Below, piece after piece: positions 34,501 through 48,170 of a stretch of DNA of 64,000 bases. Source of the stretch: Mobula hypostoma (Eukaryota); assembly GCF_963921235.1 (NCBI RefSeq), contig NC_086097.1:78804001-78868000 (forward strand), read 5' to 3'. Positions within the stretch are counted from its first letter, which is position 1. The number at the start of each line of letters is the position of its first letter. The notes beneath the pieces were generated by a model. The model was given only the letters and a program-made list of their open reading frames with translations, made no database searches and had not been told where the DNA came from. The position numbers and the translations under genes are program-made.

Positions 34501-36800
34501 TAGAGTTATAGAAAAGTACAGCACAAAAGAAAATCCTTCAATCCACCAAATTCATGCCAAACCATTTAAACTGCCTGCTTCCTTTACGACCCTATCAACC
34601 TGTGACACCACTTTCAATGACTTATAGACCTATCTTCCCTGAGCCCTTTATTCTGCCGCACTCCTCAGTACCCTACAATTCACTGTGCAAGAGCAACCAT
34701 GGTTGGTTCTACCAAAATGCAACACCGCGCACTTGTATGCATTAAATTCCATGTGCCCATTTTTCCAGCTGGCCCAGATCCCGCTGCAAGCTATGATAGT
34801 CTTCCTCATTGTCCACTTCACCCCCAATCTTGGTGTCATCCACAGATCTGCTGATCCAGTTAGTCACATTATCATCCAGATCGTTGATATAGATGACAAA
34901 CAACAAAGGACCCAGCTTCAGTCCACGCAGCACTCCACTATTCACAGGCCTCCAGTCAGAGAGATGGCCATGTATCACCACTCTCTGGCTTCTCCCACAA
35001 AGCCAATGTCCAATCTAATTTACTACCTCATCTTGAATGACAAGCAACTGAACATTCATGACCAACCTCCTACGCGGGACCTTTTCAAATGCCTTGCTAA
35101 GGTCCATGTAGGCAACATCCACTGCCTTGCCTTCATCAACATTCCTGGTAACTTGCTCCATAAACTCCATAAGATTTGTTAGATATGAATTACCACGCAT
35201 GAAGCCACGTTGACCATCCTTAATCAGTCCATGGCAATCCAAATATTCATATACCTGGACCCTTAGAATACCTTCCAATACCTTTCCCACTGCCGGTGCC
35301 AGGATCACCGGCCTATAATTTCCTGGTTTATTTTTAGAGCCTTTCTTAAACAGTGGAACAACATTGACTATCCTGCAATCCATTGGCACCTCACCTGTCA
35401 CAAAGGATGATTTAAATATCTCTGCTAGAGCCCCGGCCATTTCTGCATTTACCTCCTGGAGTGTCCGAGGGAACACCTTGTCAGTCCCTGGGGATTTATC
35501 CCCCCTAACTTGCCTCGAGACAGACAACACCTCCTTCTCTGTAATCGGTCCAAGCAGTTGATGCCATTGTGCCTTAATTCTATGGACTCTGTGTCTGCCT
35601 CCTGAGTAAAAATGCATTTAAGATTTCCCCCATCTCTTTTGGCTCTACACATGGATTACCATTCTGATCTTCCAAAGGGAGCCTCATGCCTTCTTTTAAA
35701 CCTCCTGATTTTTTTCTTAAGTGTCCTCTTGCATTTCTTCTACTCCAGAAGCAGTTAATTTATTCCTACTTTCCTATACCTACAATGCATCTCCTTTTTT
35801 CTTAACCAGGGCCTCAATATCTCTTGAAAACCAACATTCCCTACACCTGTTATCTTTACCTTTTATTCTGACAGGCACATACAGACTTTGTACTCTCAAA
35901 ATTTCATTTTTGGAGACCTCCCACTTGCCAAGTACATCTTTGCCAGAAAACAGCTTATTCCAAACCATACCCAGCAGATCCTTTCCGATACCATCAATAT
36001 TGGCCCTTCTCCAATTTAGAATCACAACCCTTGGACTAGACCTATCTTTTTGCATATTTACTTTAAAACTATTGACATTGTGTTCACCTACACAAACGTC
36101 TGTAACCTGCCCTGTCTCATTCAAATCAAGTATCACACATTCTCTCACTGGAACTTCTGTGTACTGATTAAATAAACCTTCCTGAGCACATTTGACAAAC
36201 TCTGTCCCATCTAGTCCCTTTATAGTATGGAAGTCCCAGTCAATATGTGGAAAGTTAAAATCACCTACCATAACAATCTTATGTTTCTTGCAACAGTCTG
36301 CCATCTCTCAGCAAATTTGTTCCTCTAACTCCCTCGGACTGTTGGGTGGTCTGTAATATATCCCCATTAACCTTTCTTATTCTTCAGTTCCACCTATAAA
36401 GCCTCAATAGATGAGTTTTCCAGTCTGTCCTGACAGAGCACTGCCGTGATATTTTCCTTGACTCGTAACACCTCCCTCCTCCTTTAACCCCTCTCGTTCT
36501 GTTGTGTTTAAAACAAAGGAGACCCGGAATACTGGGCTGCCATGCCTGCCTCTCCTGCAACCAAGTCCCACTATTTGCCACAATATCATAGATCCAGGTG
36601 TTGTTCCATGCCCTGAGCTCATCTATCTTCCCTACAATACTTCCTGAGCATATATTGAAATATACACTGCTCGGGATATTAGTCACAACATGCTCAACCT
36701 TTTGACTTTGTTACAGTTCTTAACAACATCTGTCTCCACATCCTCTCCACTCTCTGTTCTGGCACTCTGTTTCCACCCTCTCTGCAACTCTTGTTTAAAC
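34500..36800 (-). mobile_element. CR1 LINE (endonuclease + RT), degenerate
   Basis: MVGDFNFPHIDW (35780..36304); PLFKKGSKNKPGNYRPV, MDLSKAFEKV (35015..35617); LGPLLFVIYINDLD...VDDTKIGG. Confidence 0.9.
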
Positions 36801-36819
36801 TAGAGTTAGTAGATCATTG

Positions 36820-38210
36820 TAGTTTGAAGATCATTAACAATATCTTTCAAGAATCACTGGACCATGGAATGGTTTTGGAAGACTGAAACATTGAAAATGT
36901 CACTCACCTCTTTCATAAGGGAGGGAAGCAAAAGACAGGAAGTTATAGGCTAGTTAGCCTGACTTCAGTGGCTGGCAAGATGTTGGAGTCCATTAGTAAG
37001 GATAAGTTTTTGGGGTACAGTACTTGGAGGGACATGATAAAATAGGCCCATGTCAGCGGTGTTTCCTTAATGGAAAAATTTACCTGACAAATCTGTTGGA
37101 ATTCTTTGAGGGATTAACCGGCTGGATAGACAAAGGAGAGCCAGTGGATGTTGTTTACTTGGATTTTCAGAAGGCCTTTGACAAGGTGCCACACATGAGG
37201 CCGCTGAACATAAGAGCCCCTGGTATTACAGGAAAGATAGTAGCCTGGATACAAAATTGGCTGATTAACAGGAGACAAAGAGTGGGAATAAAAGGGGACC
37301 TTTTCTGGTTAGCTGCTGGTGAATAATGGTGTTCCACAGGGGTTGGTATTGGGACCGCTTCGTTTCACGTTATATGTCAATGATCTGGATGACAGAATTG
37401 ATGGCTTTGTGGCCAAGTTTGTGGACAATATGAAGATAGGTGGAGGGGCAGGTAGTGTTGAGGAAGCAAAGAGTCTACTGAAGAACTTAAGACAGATTAG
37501 GAGAATGTGCAAAGAAGTGGCAGATGGAATACAGTGCAGGGAAATGTATGGTCATGCACTTTGGTAGAAGGAATATTTTCTAAACTGGGAGAAAATTTAA
37601 AAATCCGTGGTGCAAAGAGACTTGGAAGTCCACCTGCAGGATTCTCTAGAGGTTTACTTGCAGTTTGAGTCAGTAGTAACAAAGGCAAATGCAATGACAG
37701 CATTTATTTTGAGGACTAGAGTACAAAAGCAAGGATCTAATGTTGAGGCTTTATAAGGCTTTGGTCAGCCCACACTTGGAATATGGTGAGCAGCTTTGGG
37801 CTCCGTATCTGAGAAAGGATGTGCTGGCATTGGAGACTGTTCAGTGGAGATTCATGAGAATGATCCCGGAAATGAAAGGGTTAACATCTAAGGAGCATTT
37901 GACCACTCTATGCCTATACTCACTGGAGAGGATGTTTCCTATAGTGGGGGAGTCCAGGACCAGACAGCACAGCCTCAGAATACAAGCATATCCCCTTAGA
38001 ACAGAGATGAGGAGGAACTTCTTTAACCAGAGGGTGGTGAATCTGTGGAATTCATTGGTATATTTAAATAAAAGGTTGATAGATTCTTGATTAGTAACAG
38101 TGTCAAAGGTTACTGGGAGAGGCAGGAGAATGGAGTTGAGATGGATGATGATGGAATGGGAGAACAGACTCGATGGGACAAATGGCCTAATTCTACTCCT
38201 GTGCCTTACC
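36820..38210 (+). mobile_element. CR1 LINE 3' half
   Basis: VYLDFQKAFDKVPH, GVPQG..LGP, LYKALVSPHLEY motifs. Confidence 0.92.
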
Positions 38211-39007
38211 GTGTTGTGAAATTTCACCATGTACAAGCCCGCACTGCTTCATTCTTTTAAGTTATGGAAGTGGGTGGGAAGGCAAGTAAGATTTGGTTGC
38301 AAATGGTAAACAAGTATGACAGTATCAGCTGCTTTTTATGCTTCCCACAAAAGAAATAAATGTACCTAAAAGTATCACGGTGGATCTGAATGCATCAGAA
38401 TTTATCCCTGCTTGCTAATAACATGTGCAGATTGCATTCTGCTGTGGATTATTCGTAACCAAATTAAATTTGGAATGCTTTGTGGTCTGTACACATGGAA
38501 AATTCCAGGTCTATTTTCTGAAATAGAATCACTTGGCAACAAATAATATATTCCGGCTTTTTGCCACAGCAGTTTGAACTGAAAAACATTGCAGGGAACA
38601 GCAACATTGAAACATCGTGCAATGTCAATCATGGTAATTTATGAAGTACCCCACCTTGTACCTGTGAATATACATAGTATGGAATGTAGTAACCGCCAAC
38701 AGAGTAACAGCTGCTTGATCAAGACCTTTCTAGTTTGGTTCATGCAAAGAACAGATATAATTCTGTCAACTCACACAAAATGCTGGTGGAACGCTGCAGG
38801 CCAGGCAGCCTCTATAGGAAGAAGTACAGTCGAAGTTTTGGGTTGAGACCCTTCATCAGGACAAACAGAAAAAAGAAATAGTAAGAGATTTGAAAGTGGG
38901 AGGGGGAGGGGGAGACCCGAAATGATAGGAGAAGACAGGAGGGGGAGGGATGAAGCCAAGAGCTGGGAAGTTGATTGGCAAAAGGGATACAAAGCTGGAG
39001 AAGGGCG

Positions 39008-39626
39008 GGAGGAGAAGATGGTGGTGCACCTGCGTGTGTGCAGCCCTCCGGTGAAAAATGATATCGTATCTGTTAAATAGGGGCCGTGGACAATTCTGAT
39101 TTGATGGAGAATGGACGTGAAAGCACAGAGGAACATCTGGAGAAATTTCTGAAACGCCCATTCGCTGCTGTCGTTACTGTGTGGTCGGGAATCTTTCGGA
39201 GGGTAGGCCTCAAAATCCCCGGCCTTGCCTGCTTTTGGTGACCGAGAAGGAGGTCGAATCGTTCGGACAGAGATGGCACTCAGTACTCGGTGTCGGAGAG
39301 CTGATCAGAGCTCGAAGTTTTCGGATGACTCAGAGTCAGATTGTGGTCGGCATGGCAGGGAGAGTTTTTCTTCCTTCTCCCGTCTGCATGAGATGTGGGA
39401 CATTTGAGAAACTTTGAACTTTACTGTGCTCATGGACTTCTTAATCAAGTTATGTCATTGTTGTACTATTGTAACTATAAGTAATAATTATGCGGTTTTG
39501 TCAGTTTTTTCAGTCTTGGTCTGTCTTGTGTTTTGTGATATCAAACCGGAGGCAATAATGTATCATTTCTTAATGCAAGCATTACTAAGTGACAATAAAA
39601 GAGGACTACGTGTCTTCATAATCTAA
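39008..39626 (+). mobile_element. Non-coding SINE-like/non-autonomous retroelement inserted in the PLE pLTR
   Basis: Interrupts the pLTR (compare 7730-7760); CpG-rich body, AATAAA at 39594 and a short (AATCT)-type tail; no coherent ORF. Confidence 0.65.
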
Positions 39627-39763
39627 TCATAGGATGGAGGGCCTTGGAAGAAAGAATGGGGGAGGGGAGCACCAGAGGAAGATGGAGAACAGGCAAGGAG
39701 TTATTGGGAGAGGGAAAGAGAGAAAAAAAAATTAGGAATGGGGTAAGAACGGGAGGAGGGGCA

Positions 39764-40957
39764 TTAACAGAAGTTAGAGAAATCAACTTTTATGCCATCA
39801 GGTTGGAGGCTACCCAGACAGAATATAAGGTATTTTTCCTCCAACCTGAGTGTGGCTTCATCTTGACAGTAGAGGAGACAATGGATTGACATATCGGAAT
39901 GGGAATGAGACATGGGATTAAAATGTATAGCCACTGGGAGATCCTGCTTCCTCTGGCAGACAGAGCATAGGTGTTCAGCGAAGTGGCCTCCCAATCTGTG
40001 TCGGGTCTCACCAATATATAGAAGGACGCACTGGACGCAATATATCACACCAGCAGACTCACAGGTAAAGTGTCGCCTCACCTGGAAGGACTGTTTGGGG
40101 CCCTGAATGGTGCTAAGGGAGGAAGTGTAAGGGCATGTGTAGCACTTGTTCCGCTTACACGGATAAGTGCCAGGAGGGAGATCAGTGGGGAGGGATGAGG
40201 GGGACGAATGGACAAGGGAGCTGCGTAGGGAGTGATCCCTGCGGAATGCAGAGAGAGGGGGGGAGGGAAAGATGTGCTTGGTGGTGGGATCCCATTGGAG
40301 ATGGCGGAAGTTATGGAGAATTATATGTTGGACACGGAGGCTGGTGGGATGGTAGGTGAGGACAAAGGGAACCCTATTCCTAGTGGGGTGGTTGAAGGAT
40401 GGGGTGAGAGCAGACGTGCGTGAAATGGGAGAGATGCGTTTGAGGGCAGAGTTGATGGTGGAGGAAGGAAAGCCCCTTTCTTTAAAAAAGGAAGACATCT
40501 CCTTCATCCTGGAATGAAAAGCCTCATTCTGAGAGCAGATGTGGCAGAGACAGAGGAATTGAGAGAAGGGGATGGCATTTTTACAAGTAACAGGGTGGGA
40601 AGAGAAATAGTCCAGGTAGCTGTGAGAGTCCGTAGGTTTATAGTAGACATCAGTAGATAAGCTGTCTCCAGAGAAAGAGACAGAGAGATCAAGGAAGGGG
40701 AGGGAGGTGTCAGAAATGGACCAGTTAAATTTGAGGGCAGGGTGGAAGCTGGAGGCAAAGTTGATGAAGTCAACGAGATCAGCATGCGTGCAGGAAGCAG
40801 CACCAGTGCCATCCTCTTCTCTCAATTCCTCTTTCCCTCTCACAACAACTCCTTGCCTGTTCTCCATCTTCCTCTGGTACTCCCCTCCCCCTTTCTTTCT
40901 TCCAAAGCCCTCCGTCCGATGGTACTCCCCCTTCTCTAGCTTTATCCCTTTTGCCAA
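39764..40957 (-). CDS. Chimeric 397-aa ORF: inverted-pLTR-derived N-terminus fused to the PLE RT C-terminus and GIY-YIG endonuclease
   Basis: ORF track; junction near 40808; no RT catalytic YxDD motif. Confidence 0.5.
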   Translation of the reverse strand: MAKGIKLEKGEYHRTEGFGRKKGGGEYQRKMENRQGVVVRGKEELREEDGTGAASCTHADLVDFINFASSFHPALKFNWSISDTSLPFLDLSVSFSGDSLSTDVYYKPTDSHSYLDYFSSHPVTCKNAIPFSQFLCLCHICSQNEAFHSRMKEMSSFFKERGFPSSTINSALKRISPISRTSALTPSFNHPTRNRVPFVLTYHPTSLRVQHIILHNFRHLQWDPTTKHIFPSPPLSAFRRDHSLRSSLVHSSPSSLPTDLPPGTYPCKRNKCYTCPYTSSLSTIQGPKQSFQVRRHFTCESAGVIYCVQCVLLYIGETRHRLGGHFAEHLCSVCQRKQDLPVAIHFNPMSHSHSDMSIHCLLYCQDEATLRLEEKYLIFCLGSLQPDGIKVDFSNFC

Positions 40958-41068
40958 TCAACTTCCCAGCTCTTGGCTTCATCCCTCTCCCTCCTGTCTT
41001 ATCCTATCATTTTGGGTCTCCCCCTCCCCCTCCCACTTTCAAATTTCTTACTATCTCTTTTTTCCATT

Positions 41069-41104
41069 AGTCCTGATGAAGGATCTCGACCCGAAACGTC
41101 AACT
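41069..41104 (+). ncRNA. Minimal hammerhead ribozyme, core intact, stem mismatches
   Basis: AGUC-CUGAUGA-A-GGAU(CUCG)ACCC-GAAA-CG-UC-AACU. Confidence 0.7.
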
Positions 41105-41479
41105 GTACCTCTTCCTATAGATGCTGCCTGGCCTGCTGTGTTCCACCAGCATTTTGTGTGTGTTGCTTGAATTTCCAGCATCTGCAGATTTTCTCGTGTT
41201 TGAGATATAAATCTGTGTCCATTTTGTAATTTTAATGTAAAGACTCAGCTTAATGCTTTGTAATAACTATCTAAATATCAGTTGCAAGATTCATTATGTC
41301 ACAATTAGTAGGTAAACTAGACCTCAGTTTTGTTTCAAAAATTGTAAGTAAATATTGGCACAAATACCCAGCCATAACTGAACAAATAGTTTTGATTCAT
41401 TAATTGGAGGCTTCTTTAATTGAATAATCATAGATGGACTCTGTGCAGAAGTATCTAATGTACCCCATTCCTCTTTTCA

Positions 41480-41940
41480 ATGGTCCAGCCATCCTGATTC
41501 ACATTGATTGATGTCCACTTATAACACCTCTGTCTGACCTTCAAGTCACTTCGTTTAAACAATACTTCCTTTTTCTTTTTTTATTTTGTTTTCTAATCAC
41601 TCCATGGTCTTACTGTCCCTTATCTTCATAAACTCCTACAGTCCTTTAACCCAATCAGATATCAGCTCCTCCAGTTCTCTCAGCTAATTAATTCCCCCCT
41701 CCCACTGCACTAACACAGGCTGGCTTTATTTTATCTGCTTGAATTTCTGGAATTCTCTCACTGTCTTTTCAATTCTGTGGTGCTCTTTAAAACCTATGTT
41801 TTGATCAAGCCTTTGATCATCTGTCCTAATATCTTCTTATGTGCCTTAACATTTTTAAAAATTGATAGTGTCCCTGTGAAATGCTTTAGGATGATTATGC
41901 TGCAATGAAGATACTACGTATCTGGAAGTGGTTGCTGTTG
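41480..41940 (+). mobile_element. Old L2-type 3' end
   Basis: Pyrimidine-rich body ending ctgtgaaatgctttaggatg...tactacgtatctggaagtggttgctgttg, resembling L2 3' termini. Confidence 0.45.
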
Positions 41941-44900
41941 GCATTGCAACCAATTATTGAGATTTCCCTTCAAGAAAAGCTTTATGTTGATACTTCAAAA
42001 GAGTTTGTGCACTACAAGTCTTTGAAGATTTCTAAACTATTATAAAATATTGTTTTGCTCAGGACAGCTGAGTATACTAAATTCATGGCAGGATGTTAAA
42101 ACATTTTGAGGGCTATGACTTGGATCTGTAAACTATTATCTATATGGTTACTGAAGTAAGTAAGTATTTCCTTTGCTTTTCAAACGTGATGATTGGTTGA
42201 CAATTTCTCAAACTTAAAGAAAAAGATCTTGATGGATATGTACCATCCTATTTCAGAATATCAAACATCAGAATGTCAAAGTGCCAACAGACTGTTCAAA
42301 ACTAGAGTTCAAAATAAGGATAGTCTGGCTTTTGATGTTCTGAAATAGGATCAAAGGTTTGCAACTTTTATTCATGATTTGGTTTCAGCCACTGTCTGAA
42401 TATAATGACTTCTTGACACTAGATGGGCCACATTGAATGCAAATAGATGCAAGAACATGTATTATGACATAATTCATTATTCCAGGAGCTGTCCAATTTT
42501 GATTATAAGTATTATAATTTAAAATAACTTTAAAAATGATCTGGATGGAAGCCTTGCACAGACTTCAACCGAGAGGAACGGCTGGACAGATCCAATCCAC
42601 GTTTGCACTTACTATTCTAGTAAAAGACGCAGAGAACCACAAGAATGTGCTGTCTGCCAGGAGATGGTGGAAGACCTGTCAGCTAGGATAAATCAATTTG
42701 TAATGAGAATACAAGGAATCAGTGATTGAGGCCCTGCATGTTCAGTGCCAAAGGATGGTTAACGACTTCTGTTTAATGTTCCAGACTCTGCTTGCCACCA
42801 GCCACTTGCTCTGGTGCTTGTGCTGAGGAGTTTAGACACGGTTTATTGGGCAAGTTGCAGAAAGGAGAATGACAGCAAAGAAAAAGAGGACATATTTCTG
42901 TAGCTGGGGATGCTATTTGCCCTAGAGTCCAACTCGCATGGCTTGACCATCAACAGTTTATTTCAGTCCATCCCTATTTTCCCCTTCAAGTGAACGGTTT
43001 GCTAAGGGCGGGTGGAGGGTATGATTTCACATGTAGACTTAAACAGGTACGGGTAGCAGATTTTCTCCTTTGCAGGATGATAATAAACCAGAATATTAGC
43101 ATTGCAATTCAGTAATATCACACAATCATTATTATATGGAAGGTTTGTCCAGTCCAATATAGCTAGTCTATTCTTTAACACGTCCCACATAAATTAACAG
43201 TTTCCTCTACACTTCCAGAATATTAGGCACTATGCCGAACTCCTGCTTTGTGCCAATTGAGCATAAACCATTACCTAATGCGTGTGCTTCTTTCCAAGCC
43301 CAGGTTCCCATCGGGATCTTTCACACTTCTTTCACATTTGTCAAACTTCTTTCCAAAGGGAACAGCCTGTGCTTTATAAAAGCTCATTATAGTCAACATG
43401 CTGTTGCATGTTATCCTTCTCGCCATCACTATTCTCACCACTTAGCACCTTTGCAAGTTTTACCTTACATGTGAATATCCAAAATATTATTATGTATAAT
43501 CATTGAGAAAAAGCAACCTTTTTGAATTTAAATTCCTCCGCTGCTGTGATGGGATTCAAACTTACACTGTAGATCAATACTTCAGGCCTTTAGATGTTAG
43601 TACCCAAGGTTCATTGGCAGTTTATTGGATTTTATTCCCGATCTTCATATGTAGTGTTTTTCTTTTTGATTGCTCTGTTTTGCATTGCAACCAAATTAAT
43701 AAAAAAAATCTACAAAATTAACCTGTGACCTTTGATACACCTGAGTAAAATGGAATTTCAACATGGCCAGGCAGAGGTGATAGAAGTGCAGTGTCATCTA
43801 ATATGAAACTGTCTATGTACAGAAAGAGAGAAGCAAAATCCTAGATTACAGATCATCTATATGAATGTAGTAACATTATCCTCTTATGTGAGGTGCCGTG
43901 CTCAAAGCAGCTGTTTCAAATATTTGACATTTGAACTGCCAAGTTTTTGTTTGGTTCAAAGAGCTTACATCTAGTTAACTAACCTTTAAAAAGAAAATAT
44001 TCTTGTTCATAACAAATTGATTAATATAGAGAGCCTCTTTAGCTGTTTCCATCTAATTAACATTGCACATGTTCAAACCATAAAGGTAGAGTGTAATCAT
44101 ACCCTTGCCATCACCAGTATGATTTTATTTTATATGCATGAGCACATGCAGACTGATGTGTCCAAGTCTTAAGAATACATGTAGTCAGAGGGAATAATAA
44201 TGGGAACTCAAACTTCATAATCCAAAGGGTCACAACTCAAATTATCCAGCAATGTTTATAGTCACTTAAGTGATAAAAAATGCAACTCTAGACACCATCA
44301 ATCTGAAATTACAACAGAAAATATTAAAAATACTCAGCATGTCAGGCAGCATCAATAAAGATGAGATTGTGTAGAGAAATGTAGTTCTGTGCAGGATAGT
44401 TAGCTTTTCACATATAAAAGCCACCAGGTTTGAGATTCCCACATATGGACCACCAAGAGGGGGTTTCTTCACTGAACTCCAGTATGGATTTCTTGTTAAC
44501 TTTAGACCCAGTACGTGAGGTTAAAGAAATTCCCTTGCGTTTTCCCTGAAAATATGCCCCAGATTAGATTTGGCAGAGGAACAGAATCTACATAGACTTC
44601 AATGGAGAGGAAAGGCTCTTGGGTACTAGATTATCTAAATTTAGCTGAATTGGTGGAGTTTCTTAATTTTTTTCAAAGTGAGCTTTGGTTTATTTTCTCG
44701 TTTATAATTTTTTAAACTATCCAACCATTCATATTGTAATAGTTGAAAATGCTGGCTTAGCCAGGAAGTATGGTTTCATCATCTTAGGTAAATATGTACT
44801 TAAAGTACACTTTATAAACCAAAAGCTCAATAGCAGGGCTTTGTTGTAATGGAAAAAGGCCAAAGTGTCATTTATCTTTCAAAGATGTCCATCAAACGTT

Positions 44901-46369
44901 GGAGCTCAGTCAGGAAATTCACTCAAAACTTCATTACTTCTGATAAATGTCAGTTCCTTCAGATCATTCTCCTGTCTGCCACCTGGGTTTCTTAAAGACA
45001 TCATGTCGCATTCAGATATGAGAAGTTGAGGAGCAGATAACAGAACCATTACCAAATCGAAATCCCATTCCTCATTGAAAATAAGGAGAAAAAATTCAGT
45101 GTATCCTAATGAGATCCCACCAACAAGACAATTAGTCTGCAAAAAGAAACAATCCAATACTGCTGAAACTCTACCACTAAAACATTTCAAGACAAATTGA
45201 CTAAAAACTAACACCTGGCATGATAAGAACACGAGTAAAAGCCTGTAGTTTTGTTTTCCTCAGCATGGAAAGGAGATGGGTTCACTCAACTTATCATATA
45301 TTTGTACTCTTGAAGTACAGGATTTAACTATACATTTCTATCATTTCCACCTTTTAAGGCACAAGGATCAGAATTGCTAACAGGTAGAGTAAAAGAATCT
45401 GACCTGCAGAAGACTCAAAAGTAAATTGAATTGATTTCTTCTCATTTATTCCAGAGCATCCAATATGTATGAAAGAACATGAAGAACAATCTTACTTCAG
45501 GAAGATTCCATGCCAATTATCTTCATTATTATGGATGGAAACTACACACCTCAAATAGATTTAGAACATAAATCTGTGGGTCAATGGCTGTCTGTATGGT
45601 TCAAAGCTTTGTCTCACTTAGAACAGCACTCAAAACTTTAATGTTATGACCACATTTTTGTCATCATATATCTTCCCAGATGTCCAATTTTGAATGAGGT
45701 GCAATTTATACAAATTAGGACAGCCAAAGCCAATTTCATGTAAGCTTCTCCCAAACTCATTATTACCTCAGTTCATCCATGAGTGAAACTGTCAGTAATC
45801 CATGTCTATCTCCATACTCAACCACTTTTATGCTCTCTGCCTCCCACCTATTCCAAACTGTGCAGCAGTTATCACCAAGTTTGTATTCCTCTGTCATTGT
45901 CATGGTTGCTGAATGTTAGAGCTGTCATTGATCCTATATTTAATTGATAGCCCGATTTTTTAAACTGAAAGATTAGCTATCCAGTACCATACCTGAATGG
46001 AATGTTTATTTTTCCATACAATGTGCTCCTAACCTGAGTATCCAAGCTGTAAAGATTTATTCCAGATTGATCGTAAGCTGAATGACTCTGAGGTAGTATT
46101 TCCCCTAGGGTCATCCAAATATAATCACCAAAATTTGCTGGTCAGAGGCAATTACTATTGGCTCACTATAACCTCAAACTTATCTTGTAGCTTCCCTTTG
46201 CTTCACTTCAATGAAGACAGTCTTATAGGTCCTGATTCATCCCTGGCCTGTTCCCCTCAGAAGCAGACAGTGTTTACTTTAGTAAACTAACTTTCAAGTT
46301 GGTTTATATTTAGAGCCAAAGATTTGGCTTCTCATGTATCAATGCAAGGTTGCTAAAAATACGCAATTA

Positions 46370-48170
46370 AATCAGAATCAAGTTTATTATCACTAACATA
46401 TGTCATGAATTTTGTGTTTTGCTGCAGCAGTAGAGTGCAATACATAAAATATACTCTAAATTATAATGAGAAATGTGTGTGTGTGTGTGTGTGTGTGTAT
46501 GTGGGAATGTGCACGCGTGCATAAGAGAACAAACATAAGGTAAAGGTCATGAGTTCATTGTCCATCCAGAAATCTGATGGCAGGGGGTAAGAGACTGTCC
46601 TTAATACATTGAGTGTGTGTCTTCAGGTTTCTGTACCTCCTGTCTGATGGTAACAATGGGAAGACAGCATGTCCTGGGTGGTGGAGGTCCTTAATGGTTG
46701 ATGCTGTATTTTTGAGGCATCGCCTTTTGAAGATCTCCTTGATGGTAGGGAGGCTAGTGCCCATTATGTAGCTGACTGAGTTTACAACCTTCTGCAGATT
46801 TTTCTGATCCTGTATAGTGGCCCCTCCTTACCAAACGGTGATGCAGTTAGAATGGTCTCCACAGTACATCTGTAGAAATCTGCTAGAGCCTTTGGTGACA
46901 TACCAGATCTCCTCAACCTCCCAGCGAATTATAGCATCTGGCATGCCCTTTTCATAATTGCATCAATCTGTTGGACTGCGATAGGTCTTCAGAGATGTGG
47001 ACACCTAGGAACATAAAGTTGCTCACCTTCCCACTGCTGTCCCTCGATAGCAATTGGTGTGTGTTCCTTTGACTTCCCCTTCTTGAAGTCCACAATCAAC
47101 ACCTTGGTCTTACTGGCATTGAGTGCAAGGTTGTTATTGTGACAGGCATACAGGAGTGGGATGGCTGATCTAGCTCACTCCTATATGCCTCCTTGTCACT
47201 ATCTGAAGTTCCGCTGGCAACAAAGTTGTGTCACTAGCAAATTTATAGATGGCATTTTCACTGTACCAGCACACACAGTCATGAATGTAGAGAGAGTAGA
47301 ACAGTGGGCTAAGCACACGTCCTTGTTGATGTTGATTATCTGTTCTGCACTGACTGTGGTCTCCTGATGAGGAAGTCAAGGATCCAGTTGCAGAAAGGGG
47401 TACAGAGGCCCAGGTTTTGAAGTTTACTGATTAGTCCAGAGAGAATGATAGTGTTGAATGCTGAGCTGTAATCAATAAACAGCGGCCAGACAGAGATATT
47501 GTTATTGTGCAGGTGATCAAAGGCTGAGTGGAGGGTCAGTGAGTTTGCATCCGCTGTGGGCCTATTGTGGTGATAGGCAAATTGCAAAGAGTCCGAGTCC
47601 TTGCTTAGGCAGGAGTTAATTCTAGCCATGACCAACCTCTCAAAGCACCCCATCACAGTAGTTGTGAGTGCTACTGGGTGATAGTTGTTGAGGCAGCTCA
47701 CCCTGCTCTGCTGTTCTTGGGCATTTGTATGATAATCACCCTTTTGAAGCATGTGGAAACCTTTGACTGCAGCAGAGAGAGATTAGAAATGTACTTGAAG
47801 ACTCCAGTCAGCTGGTTGGCATAGGTTTACGATGCCCTACCAGGTACATGATCAATGTCTGACTCCTTGTAAGGTTCACCCACTTGAAAGAAGTCCTGAC
47901 ATTGGTCCCTGAGCCAGACTTCACAGGGTTGCCTGATGCTGCAAGGATTTGCACAGGTGCAGTTCTAAGTTCTCCTGTTCAAAGCAAGCATAAAAGGCAT
48001 TGAACTTCTTGTCGAGTATTGGATCACCAACCTTAAACACCACAGATCGAGCCCTCAGCAGACTGTGAATCTCACAGTCCATCCATGGCTTCTGATTTGG
48101 GTATGTCTGGTATGTTCTCAAAGGCATACACTAATCCAACAGGTCTTGATGAAGTCAGTGGCAACAGTAT
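46370..48170 (-). mobile_element. Rex1/Babar-type LINE, degenerate; (TG)n at 46474-46498
   Basis: CLNNYHPVALT..VMGCFERLV, LQFAY, LFIDYSSAFNTI, CNWILDFL (47336..47752); QGRVLSPLFYSLYIHDC..KFASDT. Confidence 0.88.

Larger units (their letters stand above)
38771..41200 (-). mobile_element. Penelope-like element, 5'-truncated, with inverted terminal pLTR copies
   Basis: ORF 39764..40957 contains the RT C-terminus (PFLDL, VYYKPT), C-x4-C-x2-C linker and GVIY..YIGET; 38771-39005 is inverted relative to about 40930-41160. Confidence 0.93.

Noticed and set aside
42063..42165. Possible exon (tttgctcag ... gaa|gtaagt)
   Set aside because: Stops in all three frames; a non-coding exon cannot be excluded but is unsupported.
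43510..43605. tRNA-derived SINE head on the minus strand
   Set aside because: Too degenerate to call; no cloverleaf, so not a tRNA gene.
44906..45232. 108-aa minus-strand ORF in unique-looking DNA
   Set aside because: No recognisable motif; length is compatible with chance.
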